Part shown: positions 1 to 14,401 of the stretch, piece after piece
Layout: each line of letters opens with the position of its first letter
How positions within the stretch are numbered: the first letter of the stretch is position 1
From: Octopus vulgaris
Taxonomy: Eukaryota
Reading direction: 5' to 3'
Length of the DNA: 64,000 bases
Assembly: GCA_951406725.2 (NCBI GenBank)
Contig: OX597822.1
Location: 94,922,001 to 94,986,000, forward strand
Notes under the pieces: generated by a model
Databases searched by the model: none
What the model saw: the letters and a program-made list of their open reading frames with translations, nothing else
What the model was told of the DNA's origin: nothing
Position numbers and translations under genes: made by a program

Positions 1-255
1 TTGCGGGAAGGACTGTTTCAATGAAGTCGCGTCTTCTCCTTACTTTCGTAACGCGGAGTAAATGAAACAGGGACAACTGAAGAAGGGGAATACTCTTTAT
101 GTTGTATGTCTCTTTTCTCTGTTTTTTTTTTCGCTGTTCGAAAAAAAGTTCGTTTCTATGTTTTTGTACTTATGTTTTCGTTTTTCATTGTATTCAACGA
201 TTCTTTTATGTCCTGTACCCATATATGCATGTATATATACATATATATGTAGTTA

Positions 256-313
<58 letters not shown>

Positions 314-418
314 AACATAGATATATATGTGTGTGTGTATATATACATATATATATATACATATATATATATACGTATACATATATATATATGTATATAT
401 ATATACATCTATATATAC

Positions 419-487
<69 letters not shown>

Positions 488-492
<5 letters not shown>

Positions 493-1036
493 TTCATCTT
501 TTAGACTGATGTGGACCCTAGACTCATATTTATAGGTGACTGATCACTTGTGCTATGAATTTGTCTAAGATGAAGATTTGCATCTTGTCAACTCCTCCCT
601 CTCTCTCATATCCGTGACTATCTTCAATCCAGAAGCAAGACCAGACGTCTGGGAATGGTGACAGATGTACTCAATGGCTGAGATAATCTTACCTCATCTT
701 GCTCTCTGCACTCCAGAATGTCACTTCCCCTTCCGTTGAACCATGAAGGTTTCTTCCACAGACACCGCCAAATCCAATATTCAGATGTTGCCGGATTAGG
801 AGGATTGTGGAACTAACTCTTAGACACGGTTGATCCGAGTTCAATTGTAATGCGTCATAGCAGCACCTGACAACGTTTCAGCTTTGGGTTAATTACCCTA
901 TTATTAGAATTTACTTGCCTGTGCATCTCAATATTGGATTTGCCGGTGTCTGTGGAAGAAACCATCATGATTCAACGGAAGAGGAAGTGACATTCTGGAG
1001 TGCAGAGAGCAGCAAGATGAGGTAAGATTATCTCAG
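488..1036 (-). mobile_element. Fold-back Penelope-like relic in (AT)n; copies also at ~3304-3852 and ~6550-7103
   Basis: Inverted arms ~679-781 / ~930-1036, plus a ~190-bp unpaired tail abutting (AT)n. The minus strand of the loop has GAAACGTTGTC (~868-878), resembling a hammerhead 3' half. Confidence 0.55.
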
Positions 1037-1361
1037 ACATCGTCTACATCATTTTAAACAATTTCACCGTCAACCTGCCATAACTGATATTGTGTGAATA
1101 CTCTAAATGTGTATGACTTTGAATATGCTTCTTTTCGGATTTATGATTTACTGAGGATATATCTGTGTGTATGAATGTATGTGTGTGTATATACATATGT
1201 ATATTGTATTGGCATCCTTTCTGTCTCGGGAGACAATGGAGTTGCGCATGTTTTTTGTTTTTTTTTGTTTTCTTTTTGTAGTCTAGTCCGGCTTTTACAT
1301 TTCATGTCCTGATACATTTCCTGCTGTGGCTGTGTAGTCCTATCCTGGACAAACACATATG

Positions 1362-1426
<65 letters not shown>

Positions 1427-1614
1427 GGGGGGGGTTAGAGAAGGGAATGTTAGCAGACACAGATGTAAATAGCCTCTCACTTCAAAAACATAGACAATAT
1501 ACAAACAATAAAAAAAAACTAATATACAGACATGAATAAATTCATTGTAAAACTTCAGACGAAATCATAGACTCACGGAAGAGATAAACGACACAATAAA
1601 GTAAAAAAAGGTTA

Positions 1615-1706
1615 CGCCCGCAGAGGGACTTGAACCCGCACCCCTCAGATAACTTCTAAGGTTGACCTATAAAAGTCTGATTCTCTACCGACTGAGCTAT
1701 GCGGGC
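1615..1706 (-). tRNA. tRNA-Lys(UUU) with 19-nt intron, degenerate copy (likely pseudogene)
   Basis: 92-nt match to the cluster consensus. C25>A breaks the D-stem G10-C25 pair, and the variable loop reads GGGT instead of GGTC. Oligo-T terminator follows. Confidence 0.85.
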
Positions 1707-2114
1707 GGACATTTAGCAATCTCTCATATTATCTATAAAAGCAAAGTTGAAAGAACATTTCTCTTTGCATTGCACTGTCATGACTATTCATTGAGCGTCC
1801 ATTGTTTATAGCAAACTGAGGTACATAGATATAATAATGTTCAAGCGTGTCTTATGTTTCACCGATTAAATATTCCACTTAGGTAGGTTAGCTTTTTCGA
1901 AAGAAAAACTGTTCAGAACCCATCACCTCTCACAGGATTTCATACGATCTTGTCAGAGCTCAAGATAAGTGTGTGTAAAACTGTAAGTGGAGAAAACCGG
2001 AAATGTTCCCGAATTCTTGTAAAACAGTGGAAACACAAACTACGAGATGTTGATATAAATTCGTGCAACGGCTCAAACCTGACAGCCTTGTTTGTACATA
2101 TATGTATGTATATA

Positions 2115-2185
<71 letters not shown>

Positions 2186-2187
<2 letters not shown>

Positions 2188-2378
2188 TAAGTAATTAAGG
2201 GTTTAGCAACGAATTGCCTCACCAACACACCGAATTTAGCAATTCGTTGCTAAACCCTTAATTACTTAGTATTACTTAAATTTTCCTCGAATGGGGCTTT
2301 TACATGCCGAAATCTACTTGGTGTAATTGATAATTATTCCAAATTGATTAATTTCACCCTTTATTATTACTGATAACT
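2186..2378 (+). mobile_element. Short fold-back element inserted in (AT)n of unit 1 only
   Basis: Inverted arms (ACTAAGTAATTAAGGGTTTAGCAACGAATTGC and its reverse complement) plus ~110-bp tail. Absent from the equivalent (AT)n of units 2 and 3. Homologue at 31771-32079. Confidence 0.75.
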
Positions 2379-3077
2379 ATATATATATATATATATATAT
2401 TATTATATGATCGAACGCCATGCGTCCTTTTCCAAGTAAGTTTTATCTTAAGAATTACAATGCGCACTCTTCTATCTTTACTATCTCTTCCCTGTCTATC
2501 TCTCTCCCTCTCTTGTTCTTCATCCTTTCTGGCTTTCTCTCCCCATTCTTCCCTATTCTTCTCCTCTCTCTCAATCCTCCTCCTCGACTCTCTCGTCGCT
2601 AACACGTGACGAAAGAGAATCTATCTTTCTGACTACTACATTCGTAAAGACAACAACGTGCTTATACAGTCTTCTTCATAAGCTCGCCCTCCTAGCGTTC
2701 AGAAGCATATTTCTATCGTATTGACTTAACAACCCTCAACGTTTGTTTTTACGGTTTTGTTCTCATTGTTCTGTTCTTGTCACCACTTTCACACACTGCA
2801 AAAAAAAAATTGTTTAATTTGCTTTGCGGGAAGGACTGTTTCAATGAAGTCGCGTCTTCTCCTTACTTTCGTAACGCGGAGTAAATGAAACAGGGACAAC
2901 TGAAGAAGGGGAATACTCTTTATGTTGTATGTCTCTTTTCTCTGTTTTTTTTTCGCTGTTCGAAAAAAAGTTCGTTTCTATGTTTTTGTACTTATGTTTT
3001 CGTTTTTCATTGTATTCAACGATTCTTTTATGTCCTGTACCCATATATGCATGTATATATACATATATATGTAGTTA

Positions 3078-3129
<52 letters not shown>

Positions 3130-3234
3130 AACATAGATATATATGTGTGTGTGTATATATACATATATATATATACATATATATATATACGTATACATAT
3201 ATATATATGTATATATATATACATCTATATATAC

Positions 3235-3308
<74 letters not shown>

Positions 3309-4168
3309 TTCATCTTTTAGACTGATGTGGACCCTAGACTCATATTTATAGGTGACTGATGACTTGTGCTATGAATTTGTCTAAGATGAAGATTTGCATC
3401 TTGTCAACTCCTCCCTCTCTCTCATATCCGTGACTATCTTCAATCCAGAAGCAAGACCAGACGTCTGGGAATGGTGACAGATGTACTCAATGGCTGAGAT
3501 AATCTTACCTCATCTTGCTCTCTGCACTCCAGAATGTCACTTCCCCTTCCGTTGTAACATGAAGGTTTCTTCCACAGACACCGCCAAGTCCCATATTCAG
3601 ATGTTGCCGGATTAGGAGGATTGTGGAACTAACTCTTAGACACGGTTGATCCGAGTTCAATTGTAATGCGTCATAGCAGCACCTGACAACGTTTCAGCTT
3701 TGGGTTAATTACCCTATTATTAGAATTTACTTGCCTGTGCATCTCAATATTGGATTTGCCGGTGTCTGTGGAAGAAACCATCATGATTCAACGGAAGAGG
3801 AAGTGACATTCTGGAGTGCAGAGAGCAGCAAGATGAGGTAAGATTATCTCAGACATCGTCTACATCATTTTAAACAATTTCACCGTCAACCTGCCATAAC
3901 TGATATTGTGTGAATACTCTAAAGGTGTATGACTTTGAATATGCTTCTTTTCGGATTTATGATTTACTGAGGATATATCTGTGTGTATGAATGTATGTGT
4001 GTGTATATACATATGTATATTGTATTGGCATCCTTTCTGTCTCGGGAGACAATGGAGTTGCGCATGTTTTTTGTTTTTTTTTGTTTTCTTTTTGTAGTCT
4101 AGTCCGGCTTTTACATTTCATGTCCTGATACATTTCCTGCTGTGGCTGTGTAGTCCTATCCTGGACAA

Positions 4169-4248
<80 letters not shown>

Positions 4249-4453
4249 GTTAGAGAATGGAATGTTAGTAGACACGGTTGTACATAGCCCCTCATTACAA
4301 AAACATAGACAAAATACAAGCAATAAAAAAAAAACTAATAAACGGACATGAATAAATTCATTGTAAAACTTCAGACGAAATCATAGCCTCACGGAAGAGA
4401 TAAACAACACAATAAGGTAAAAAAAAAGAATTCAATAAAGCGAAAACGATTTA

Positions 4454-4545
4454 CGCCCGCAGAGGGACTTGAACCCGCGACCCTCTGATTACTTCTAAGG
4501 TTGACCTATAAAAGTCTGATGCTCTACCGACTGAGCTATGCGGGC
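4454..4545 (-). tRNA. tRNA-Lys(UUU) with 19-nt intron; U41>A anticodon-stem mismatch
   Basis: Full cloverleaf. The 3' strand of the anticodon stem reads TCAGA rather than TCTGA. Confidence 0.88.
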
Positions 4546-4567
4546 GGACACTTAGTAATCTCTCATA

Positions 4568-5073
4568 TCTATATATATAAAACTCTAGTTGTGTGAGTGT
4601 CTGTCCCCTTCGATTTAGATTCCTAACTCCTCCCACATTTTGCGGTGCAGTTTAACCAAATTCGGGTATCTTATAGTCGTGATTCATATCGAGCCCGTCT
4701 GACTATTAGCGCGCGTCAACGATGAGTCTACGATTTTAAAAATAATTTAACATCATTTTTTATTCCATTTTAATGCATAAAATGCATCGTATGTCGATGG
4801 CGGCGGAGTTGGCGTCCACGCTCACAGCTGCACCTGTTTGCTTCTCCCCCTTCCCTCCCTCGTGAAGCTGTGGGGAAGGGAGTGTAAAGAAATCAACGTC
4901 GTAATGCGTTGTGAAGGAAACCAGCGTTCTTTTAGAACAACGACTTCATGGCTTGAAGACACCAAAACAAAAATGGCTAAGAAACCCCGAATTTATAAGG
5001 GAAGTAACTCTCTAAAAATGCTTATATAGTTATTTCCCTTACAAACCCGAGCAACGCCGGGCGATACTGCTAG
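4568..5073 (+). mobile_element. Non-autonomous Helitron
   Basis: 5'-TC and 3'-CTAG termini with subterminal hairpin CCCGAGCAACGCCGGG. Inserted between A and T with no TSD; the empty site CTCTCATA|TTATCTAT is present in units 1, 3 and 4. Confidence 0.9.
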
Positions 5074-5486
5074 TTATCTATAAAACCAAAGTTGAAAGAA
5101 CATTCCACTTTGTATTGTACTGTCATGATTATTCATTGAGCGTCCATTGTTTATGACAAACTGAGGTACATAGATAGAATAATGTTCAAGCGTGTCTTAT
5201 GTTTCACCGATTAATTATTCCACTTAGGTAGGTTAGCTTTTTCGAAAGAAAAACTGTTCAGTACTGAGGGAGAACAGAACCCATCACTTCCCACAGGATT
5301 TCATACGATCTGTCAGAGCTCAAGATAAGTGTGTGTAAAACTGTAAGTGGAGAAAACAGAAAATGTTCCCGAATTCTTGCAAAAGAGTGGAAACACAAAC
5401 TACGAGATGTTGATATAAATTCGTGCAACGGCTCAAACCTGACAGCCTTGTTTGTACATATATGTATGTATATATGCATATATATA

Positions 5487-5562
<76 letters not shown>

Positions 5563-6247
5563 GATCGAACGCCACGAATCCTTTTCCAAGTAAGTTTTAT
5601 CTTAATAATTACGATGCGCACCCTTCTATCTTTACTATCTCTTCCCTGTCTATCTCTCTCCCTCTCTTGTTCTTCATCCTTTCTGGCTTTCTCTCCCTAT
5701 TCTTCCCTTCTCCTCTTCACCGTTCCCTCTCTCTCAGTCCACCTCCTCGACTCTCTCGTCGCTGACACGTGACGAAAGTGAATCTATCTTTCTGACTACT
5801 ACCTTCGTAAAGACAACAACGTGCTTATACTGTCTCCTTCATAAGCTCGTCCTCCTAGCGTTCAGAAGGATTTTTCTATCGTCTTGACTTAACAGCCCTC
5901 GACGTTTGTTTTTACTGTTTTGTTTTCAATGTTCTGTTCTTGTTACCACTTTCACACGCTGCAAAAAAATAAATAAATTTTATTTAACTTGCTTTGCGGG
6001 AAACACTGTTTCAAGGAAGTCTCGTCTTCTCCTTACTTTCGTAACGCGGAGTAGATGAAACATGGACACCTGAAGAAGGGGAATATTATTTATTTTGTAA
6101 GTCTCGTTTTTCTGTTTTTTTCCGTTGTTCGAAAAAAAAGGTCGTTTCTATGTTTTTGTACTTATGTTTTCGCTTTTCTTTGTATTCAACGTTTCTTTTA
6201 TGCCCTGTACCCATATATGCATGTATATATACATATATATTTAGGTA

Positions 6248-6554
<307 letters not shown>

Positions 6555-7422
6555 TTCATCTTTTAGACCGATGTGGACTTTCTACCCATATTTATAGGTG
6601 ACTGATGACTTGTGCGGTGAATTTGTTTAAGACGAAGATTTGCATCTTGTCAACTTCTGCTTCTCTCTCATATCCGTGACTATCTTCAATCCAGAAGCAA
6701 GACCAGGTGAAAACGTTTGGGAATGGTGACTGATGTAGTCAATGGCTGAGATAATCTTACCTCATCTTGCTCTCTGCACTCCAGAATGTCACTTCCCCTT
6801 CCGTTGAACCATGAAGGTTTCTTCCACAGACACCGCCAAATCCCATATTCAGATGTTGCCGGATTAGGAGGATTGAGGAGCTAACTCTTAGACACTGTTG
6901 ATCCGAGTTCAATTGTAATGCGTCATAGCAGCACCTGACAACGTTTCAGCTTTGGGTTAATTACCTTATTATTAGAATTTACCTGCCTGTGCATCTCAAT
7001 ATTGGATTTGGAGGTGTCTGTTGAAGAAACCATCATGATTCAACGGAAGAGGAAGTGACATTTTGGAGTGCAGAGAGCAGCAAGATGAGGTAAGATTATC
7101 TCAGACATCGTCTACATCATTTTAAACAATTTCACCGTGAACCTGCCATAACTGATGCTCTGTGAATACTCTACAGGTTTATGACTTTGAATATGCTTCC
7201 TTTCGGATTTATGATTTACTAAGGATATATCTGTGTGTATGAATGTATGTGTGTGTATATACATATGTATATTGTATTGGCATCCTTTCTGTCTCGGGAG
7301 ACAATGGAGTTGCGCATGTTTTTGCTTTTTTTGTTTTCTTTTTGTAGTCTAGTCCGGCTTTTACATTTCATGTCCTGATACATTTCCTGCTGTGGCTGTG
7401 TAGTCCTATCCTGGACAAACAC

Positions 7423-7496
<74 letters not shown>

Positions 7497-7689
7497 GGTT
7501 AGAGAAGGGAATGTTAGCAGACACGGATGTAAATAGCCCCTCATTTCAGAAACATAGACAATATACAAACAATAAAAAAAAACTAATAAACAGACATGAA
7601 TAAATTCATTATAAAACTTCAGACGACACGGAAGAGATAAACGACACAATAAAGTAAAAAAAAATATTCAATAAAGCAAAAACGATTTA

Positions 7690-7781
7690 CGCCCGCAGAG
7701 GGACTTGAACCAGCGACCCTCAGATAACTTCTAAGGTTGACCTATAAAAGTCTGATGCTCTACCGACTGAGCTATGCGGGC
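7690..7781 (-). tRNA. tRNA-Lys(UUU) with 19-nt intron; G51>U adds a second T-stem mismatch
   Basis: Full cloverleaf; the T-stem 5' strand reads GCTGG. Confidence 0.87.
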
Positions 7782-8968
7782 GGACATTTAGCAATCTCTC
7801 ATATTATCTATAAAAGCAAAGTTGAAAGAACATTCCTCTTTGTATTGCACTGTCATGACTATTCATTGAGCGTCCATTGTTTATGACAAACTGAGGTACA
7901 TAGATATAATAATGTTCAAGCGTGTCTTATGTTTCACCGATTAATTATTCCACTTAGGTTGGCTTTTTCGAAAGAAAAACTGTTCAGTACTGAGGGAAAA
8001 CAGAACCCATCACCTATCACAGGATTTCATACCATCTTGTCAGGGCTCAAGATAAGTGTGTGTAAAACTGTAAGTGGAGAAAACCGAAAATGTTCCCGAA
8101 TTCTTGCAAAAGAGTGGAAACACAAACTACGAGATGTTGATATAAATTCGTGCAACGGCTCAAATCTGACAGCTTTGTATGTACATATATGTATGTATAT
8201 ATGCATATCTGCATATATTATTTATATTATTATATGATCGAACGCCACGCATCCTTTTCCAAGTAAGTTTTATCTTAATAATTACGATGCGCACTCTTCT
8301 ATCTTTACTATCTCTTCTCTGTCTATCTCTCTCCCTCTCTTGTTCTTCATCCTTTCTGGCTTTCTCTCCCTCCCTATTCTTTCCTATTCTTCTCCTCTCC
8401 TCTTCACCGTTCCCGCTCTCTCAATCCTCCTCCTCGACTCTCTCATCGATAACACGTGACGAAAGAGAATCTATCTTTCTGACTACTACCTTCGTAAAGA
8501 CAACAACGTGCTTATATTGTCTCCTTCATAAGCTCGTCCTCCTAGCGTTCAGAAGAATATTTCGATCGTCTTGACTTAACAACCCTCAACGATTGTTTTT
8601 ACTGTTTTGTTCTCACTGTTCTGTTCTTGTTACCACTTTCACACGCTGCAAATAATAAAAATATTCAATTTGCTTTGCGGGAAGCACTGTTTCAAGGGAG
8701 TCGCGTCTTCTCCTTACTTTCGTAACGCGGAGTAGATGAAACAGGGACAACTGAAGAAGGGGAATATTCTTTATGTTGTATGTCTCATTTCTCTGGGTTT
8801 TTTTTCGCTGTTCGAAGAAAGTTCGTTTCTATGTTTTTGTACTTATGTTTTCGTTTTTCATTGTATTCATCGTTTCTTTTGTGTCCTGTAACCATATATG
8901 CATGTATATATACATACATATGTAGTTATGTACATAAAATATATATATATATATATATATATATGTGC

Positions 8969-9005
<37 letters not shown>

Positions 9006-9010
9006 CATAT

Positions 9011-9117
<107 letters not shown>

Positions 9118-9318
9118 CATATAAATATATATATGGGGGACTGATGACTTGCGCGGTGAATTTGTTTAAGATGAAAATTTGCATCTTGTCAATAAACTGA
9201 CATGAATGAATTCATTGTAAAACTTCAGACGAAATTCATTGTAAAACTTCAGCCTCACAGAAGAGATAAACGACGCAATAAAGTAAAAAACAATATTCAA
9301 TAAAGCAAAAACAGTTTA

Positions 9319-9410
9319 CGCCCGCAGAGGGACTCGAACCCGCGACCCTCAGATCACTTCTAAGGTTGACCTATAAAAGTCTGATGCTCTACCGACTGAG
9401 CTATGCGGGC
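9319..9410 (-). tRNA. tRNA-Lys(UUU) with 19-nt intron, exons intact
   Basis: GCCCGCATAGCTCAGTCGGTAGAGCATCAGACTTTTA-[intron]-ATCTGAGGGTCGCGGGTTCGAGTCCCTCTGCGGGCG, followed by a T5 terminator. Confidence 0.95.
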
Positions 9411-10346
9411 GGACATTTAGAAATCTCTCATATTATCTATTAAAGCAAAGTTGATCAAACGTTTCTTTTTGTATAGCAGTGTGATGACAATTCATTGGGC
9501 GTCTATTATTTGCGCCAAGCTCAAGTACAGATTCATAATATGCTTCAAGTCCATTTTATGTCTCACCCATTCATTTTTCCACTTAGGTAGGTTAACTTTT
9601 TAGGAAGCAAACATATTTAGTGTTGAGGGAAAACAGAACCCATAACCTCTCATAGGATTTCATGAGATCTTGTGGGAGCTCAAGATAAATGTGTGGAAAA
9701 CTGTTAGTGGAGGGAACCGGAGATGTTCCCGAATTCTTGCAAAACAGTGGAAACACAAACTACGAGACGGTGATATTAATTCGTGCAACGGCTCAGCTCT
9801 GACAGCTTTGTAGGATATAAAATGACTTAAACTTAGAAAATAGAAAACCTGGCAGCTTGACCTTATCGATACACTAACCAAACGACACCTAAATCTTGAA
9901 AGGGACGAAAAAATGTGCAGAGAAACAAAACTTTCCTTTAAGCTCGATTACCATCTTAAAATGCTAAGTAACAGAGTTAACGCCTTTAAAATCAATTAAC
10001 TGAAATTTCTCGGAAATATCGATGTCAAGTTCCTGTTATAATAAAATGTTAGGGTATGAGTTTGGAGAGATTTTGCGACTCTTAATTGCAGATCGATCGA
10101 ATACATAGGTATTTTGTCTCTTGCTTTCAGAGTTATCAAACACCTCTAAAAGCGCCAAATACCCAACTATTTTGAATACAAGCCAACTTTCGTACAACTC
10201 AAGCACAATTTCAATCGAGGCTTTACTAACATAATCCTTACTGAAATAAAGTTGGTATATGCATCTATACATAAATACATATATATATATATTTACACAC
10301 ACACACACACACACATTTGTATACATGTGTATACATAAATATATAT

Positions 10347-10468
<122 letters not shown>

Positions 10469-10640
10469 CAAGAAATCTAATGCTCGTAGCTTAGTTTTTC
10501 CTTGGGGCTGGCCGGATCGGAGCGATCTCAAGATTAATCAGCCGAAATTGCGAGGATGATCCGGTTCTTGACTGAAGATTGAAGGCTTTATTGTATTGTC
10601 TTCTAAATGTTTTACGTTCTTGTCCCAGTTTGTATTTTTC

Positions 10641-10716
<76 letters not shown>

Positions 10717-10754
10717 TTATATATATTTATCAAAAACATGATGCAAAGGATTTA

Positions 10755-10842
10755 GCGGTACATATGTCTCTGGCTTTTATTAGACGGTTTATATCAATGC
10801 ATAATTGATGTAATTTGTATGTCAATAGCCTTCTTCAGCCGC
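10755..10842 (-). ncRNA. Type I hammerhead ribozyme motif with mutated core (GAGAC), in a Penelope-like element spanning ~10730-11430
   Basis: GCGG-CTGAAGA-A-GGCT..AGCC-A-GAGAC-ATAT-GTA-CCGC. Stem I is GCGG/CCGC. The family homologue at 35036 has the canonical GAAAC. Confidence 0.7.
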
Positions 10843-11866
10843 GTACAATTACTACTCCAAGGACATTATAAGTTTTACGTTGGGGAAGCAAATCCTCATA
10901 GTCGTGTACAACAGAGCGAGGCACCAAAACAAAATCGAAGAGTCCATCCCGTTTTTCACTTGATGTAGAATGAGGAGATTGGATGTTGAGATAGAGAGGG
11001 AAGGCGTTGGGGTTGAATCTTTAATGAATTAGGGTAAACGGTAAAAACATAAGAATATTAAAAAATATATAAGTATATAAGTATATAAATATATAAGTAC
11101 ACAAAGACGTGAAAAACATGGGAATATAAATAAATAGAGACAAAGATAAAGAAGCGAAAAATAAAGACGAAAAAAATAAGGATAAAAAATAAAAAATAAA
11201 AATAAAAATAAGATATAAAGGGATAAAGAAATATAAAGGGATGAAGAAATATAAAGGGGTGGATGGAAGATAACTTAAGGTACAGAAATGACATATTCTG
11301 GTTGTTGAAGCTCAAGGTGGGCGTCATAAATTAACTTAATTATCTGGAGACCAAGTAGATGGTCAATGTAGGTTGTTTGGATTGTGGTTAAATAGTTTAT
11401 CTGCTTTCTCATAAATTGTCTGGGACTAACGGTCATGCATGCATGTATGTATGTATGTACGTACGTACGCATGTGTGTATGTATGTATGTATGTATGTAT
11501 GTATGTATGTATGTATGTATGTATGTATGTATGTGTGTATATGCACGCACACACACACACTATAAACTTAAAGCCATAAACCTGTAGTGGTGGATAGGTG
11601 TAGACTGACCACTCATCACAACAATATCAAATTTCAACTTCCTCAACTAGGAAGTGATTTACGACCCTTACCCCTCCCCCCCCCCCGCGACAAAACTCTA
11701 AAACCTATTATCAGCCACTTATCTTTATATCTCAAGACTTTTGTTTTACTATTACTTATCTTTTTTTTCCTTACATCTAGTTAGTTCAAGTTATCATGTT
11801 GATTCGTTAGTTACTGCACGCATTTTTTTTCTCTCCTTCTTTCTGTGTTTTTTTTCTCTCTGTGTA

Positions 11867-11904
11867 TCTTTCTGTTGAAGAGCGTAGGCTCGAAACGTTA
11901 AAGA
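11867..11904 (+). ncRNA. Minimal type I hammerhead-like motif (variant core CUGUUGA)
   Basis: TCTTT-CTGTTGA-A-GAGC(GTAG)GCTC-GAAAC-GTT-AAAGA, inside a ~420-bp element (11580-12005) flanked by microsatellites. Confidence 0.6.
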
Positions 11905-12007
11905 CTTGTTTTATTTATATTTTCTGAGCGCCATACTAATACAATTGTTTGTTTGTTTTCCACCTGCCTTCGTCTTTCGTCTATTTTCATAAAGCTTCCC
12001 GTTATAC

Positions 12008-12038
<31 letters not shown>

Positions 12039-12421
12039 TGTATGTATGTATGTATGTATGTATGTATGTATGTATGTATGTATGTATGTATTTATGTATG
12101 TGTGTGTGTACACGTACGAACGCATGTGCGTATGTATGTATATGCGTATGCATGTATGTGTGTATGTGTGTATGTGTGTACATGTACGTGCGTATGTACG
12201 TGTGTATGCCCATACGCATGTATGTTTGTATGTTTGTACTTATGTGCTACGTATGTATGTATCTAGGAGAATGGGCAGATGCGTCTGTGTGTGTGTGTGT
12301 GTGTACATGTGTATGTGCATGTGAACATATGTCCGTGTACTGGTATGTGTCCGTCCAAGTTGTGTACATGACTGTTACTTTGTTGAAGGTTGTATATATA
12401 CACACATATATGTTTGTATAG

Positions 12422-12475
<54 letters not shown>

Positions 12476-12487
12476 ATTTGACTTGTT

Positions 12488-12522
<35 letters not shown>

Positions 12523-13080
12523 GCGTGTGTGTGTGTTTGTTCCTCTTATCATCGTCTAACTGTGAATGGACACAACGTTTGGGTGCAACTGTGCACATAT
12601 AACTATACACATATACACAAGTACACACAATCATATAGACACACTCATAAATATACATATAATCTTAAATTATATACTCATATATGCTTATCCACTTCTA
12701 CATACATATGTACTATTACACACATACACACACACACGCGCGCGCACACACACACATACATACATAAATACGACACAGTATACAAGGGCAACGGTTAAAA
12801 ATCGAACATGCATTATATTAACCTATCTGCTCTTTTTTATTTTTTATTTTTTTATTTTTTTATTTTATATATGCATAAACGCATACATATACAATACATA
12901 CATACATCCATACATACTTATATGTACATGCATGTGCATTTTTTTTATAGCACCAAACACGCACATACGTATCAAACAACGTACGCTCATACGGTTATAT
13001 ATAACTGCACCTATGTGTTTTAGCACCACGGCATTTCAACATGTGTGTAAGGATTACATGTAAACAAGAGAGAGGGGTGG

Positions 13081-13434
13081 TTATAGAATGGTCCTCCTGA
13101 ATGGGATCTGGATGTTACTCCATTCGGATTTTCGGTTGAGAGTAGGTTTGTATTCTTGTATACAAACAGCTTCTGTGACCTGTCTCAACATTGCATCGGT
13201 GGGATGTGTTGATAGGATGTTTAACTTAAGTTTCCCTAAGGATCCCTTGTGGCAGTCTACAGCATGTTGATAGAAGATGGAGCTTGGTTTCCTTTCAATG
13301 TAGTTGTCCAGGTGTTCTTTGAACCTATCATTGATACTCCTAGAAGTCTCACCTATGTATGACTCTGGGTTAGTCGCGCAAGCTTCTTCTTGGCACTCAA
13401 TTTGGTATACAGTGCCCTTGGTTTTGCAGTTCAC
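13081..13434 (-). pseudogene. Penelope-like element GIY-YIG endonuclease fragment
   Basis: CKTKGTVYQIEC..C....SYIGETSRSINDRFKEH...LRQVTEAVCIQEYKPTLNRKSEW matches the PLE GIY-YIG C-terminal pattern. No RT domain lies upstream. Confidence 0.85.
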
Positions 13435-13969
13435 ATGTAGGTATCAAATCTGCATTATGCAGATCATATCCATTTCATAGAATCACGTGTCAAAGTAATT
13501 GTGCAGTATGTTCGACAAACCCATAATGTACATACATACACACATGCATACATATATACATACATACATACTTACATACAAACATACATACACACACATA
13601 TGTTTATGTATATATATATATGGTATTTGCAAAGGGAGGTCATCCCTCTCTCGTCAACCTAAGTGATACACACGGACTGCAGTTTCTAGGTATTTGCCTG
13701 TCTTCGGTGTTAATTTAAATTTGGCTGTAGTGGATCGAATCCACTTCATGCATGCAAGATCCACTACATATATATATTCATAAGCACGTTTAATAGGCTC
13801 GGATGTACATAGCCTCTCATTTGAGAAAACTCAAACAATATACATACAATGAAAAAAACCTAATAAACAGATATGAATAAATTCAACTTCAGACGAAATT
13901 ATAGCCTCACGGAAGAGATAAACGATACAATAAAGTAAAAAGAATATTAGATAAAGCAAAAGTTTCATA

Positions 13970-14061
13970 CGCCCGCAGAGGGACTCGAACCCGCGACCCT
14001 CAGATTACTTCTAAGGTTGACCTATAAAAGTCTGATGCTCTACCGACTGAGCTATGCGGGC
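13970..14061 (-). tRNA. tRNA-Lys(UUU) with 19-nt intron, intact
   Basis: Full cloverleaf with A and B boxes and a T4 terminator. Confidence 0.95.
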
Positions 14062-14334
14062 TGACAGCTACGGTCGCCTCATATTATCTACAAAAGCAAA
14101 GTTGATAAACATTTCGTTTTGTATTGCAGTGCGATGACAATTCATTGAGTATCTATTGTTTATGACAAACTGAAGTACATCTATATAGCCCGCATAGGTC
14201 AGAAGTTAGGGCCTTAGATTTTTGTAGGTTAACCGTTGTATTTTGAGGGCATATAATTTCTTTCGTTTTATCGAATATATAATCTATATAATAATGTTCA
14301 AGTGTGTGTGTATATATATAATAAATAAATATAT

Positions 14335-14401
<67 letters not shown>

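Noticed and set aside
10485-10600. Possible permuted hammerhead (GGCTG..CAGCC-GAAA ... CTGAAGA)
   Set aside because: Core boxes are in the wrong relation to the stems, and no convincing stem I or III can be drawn.
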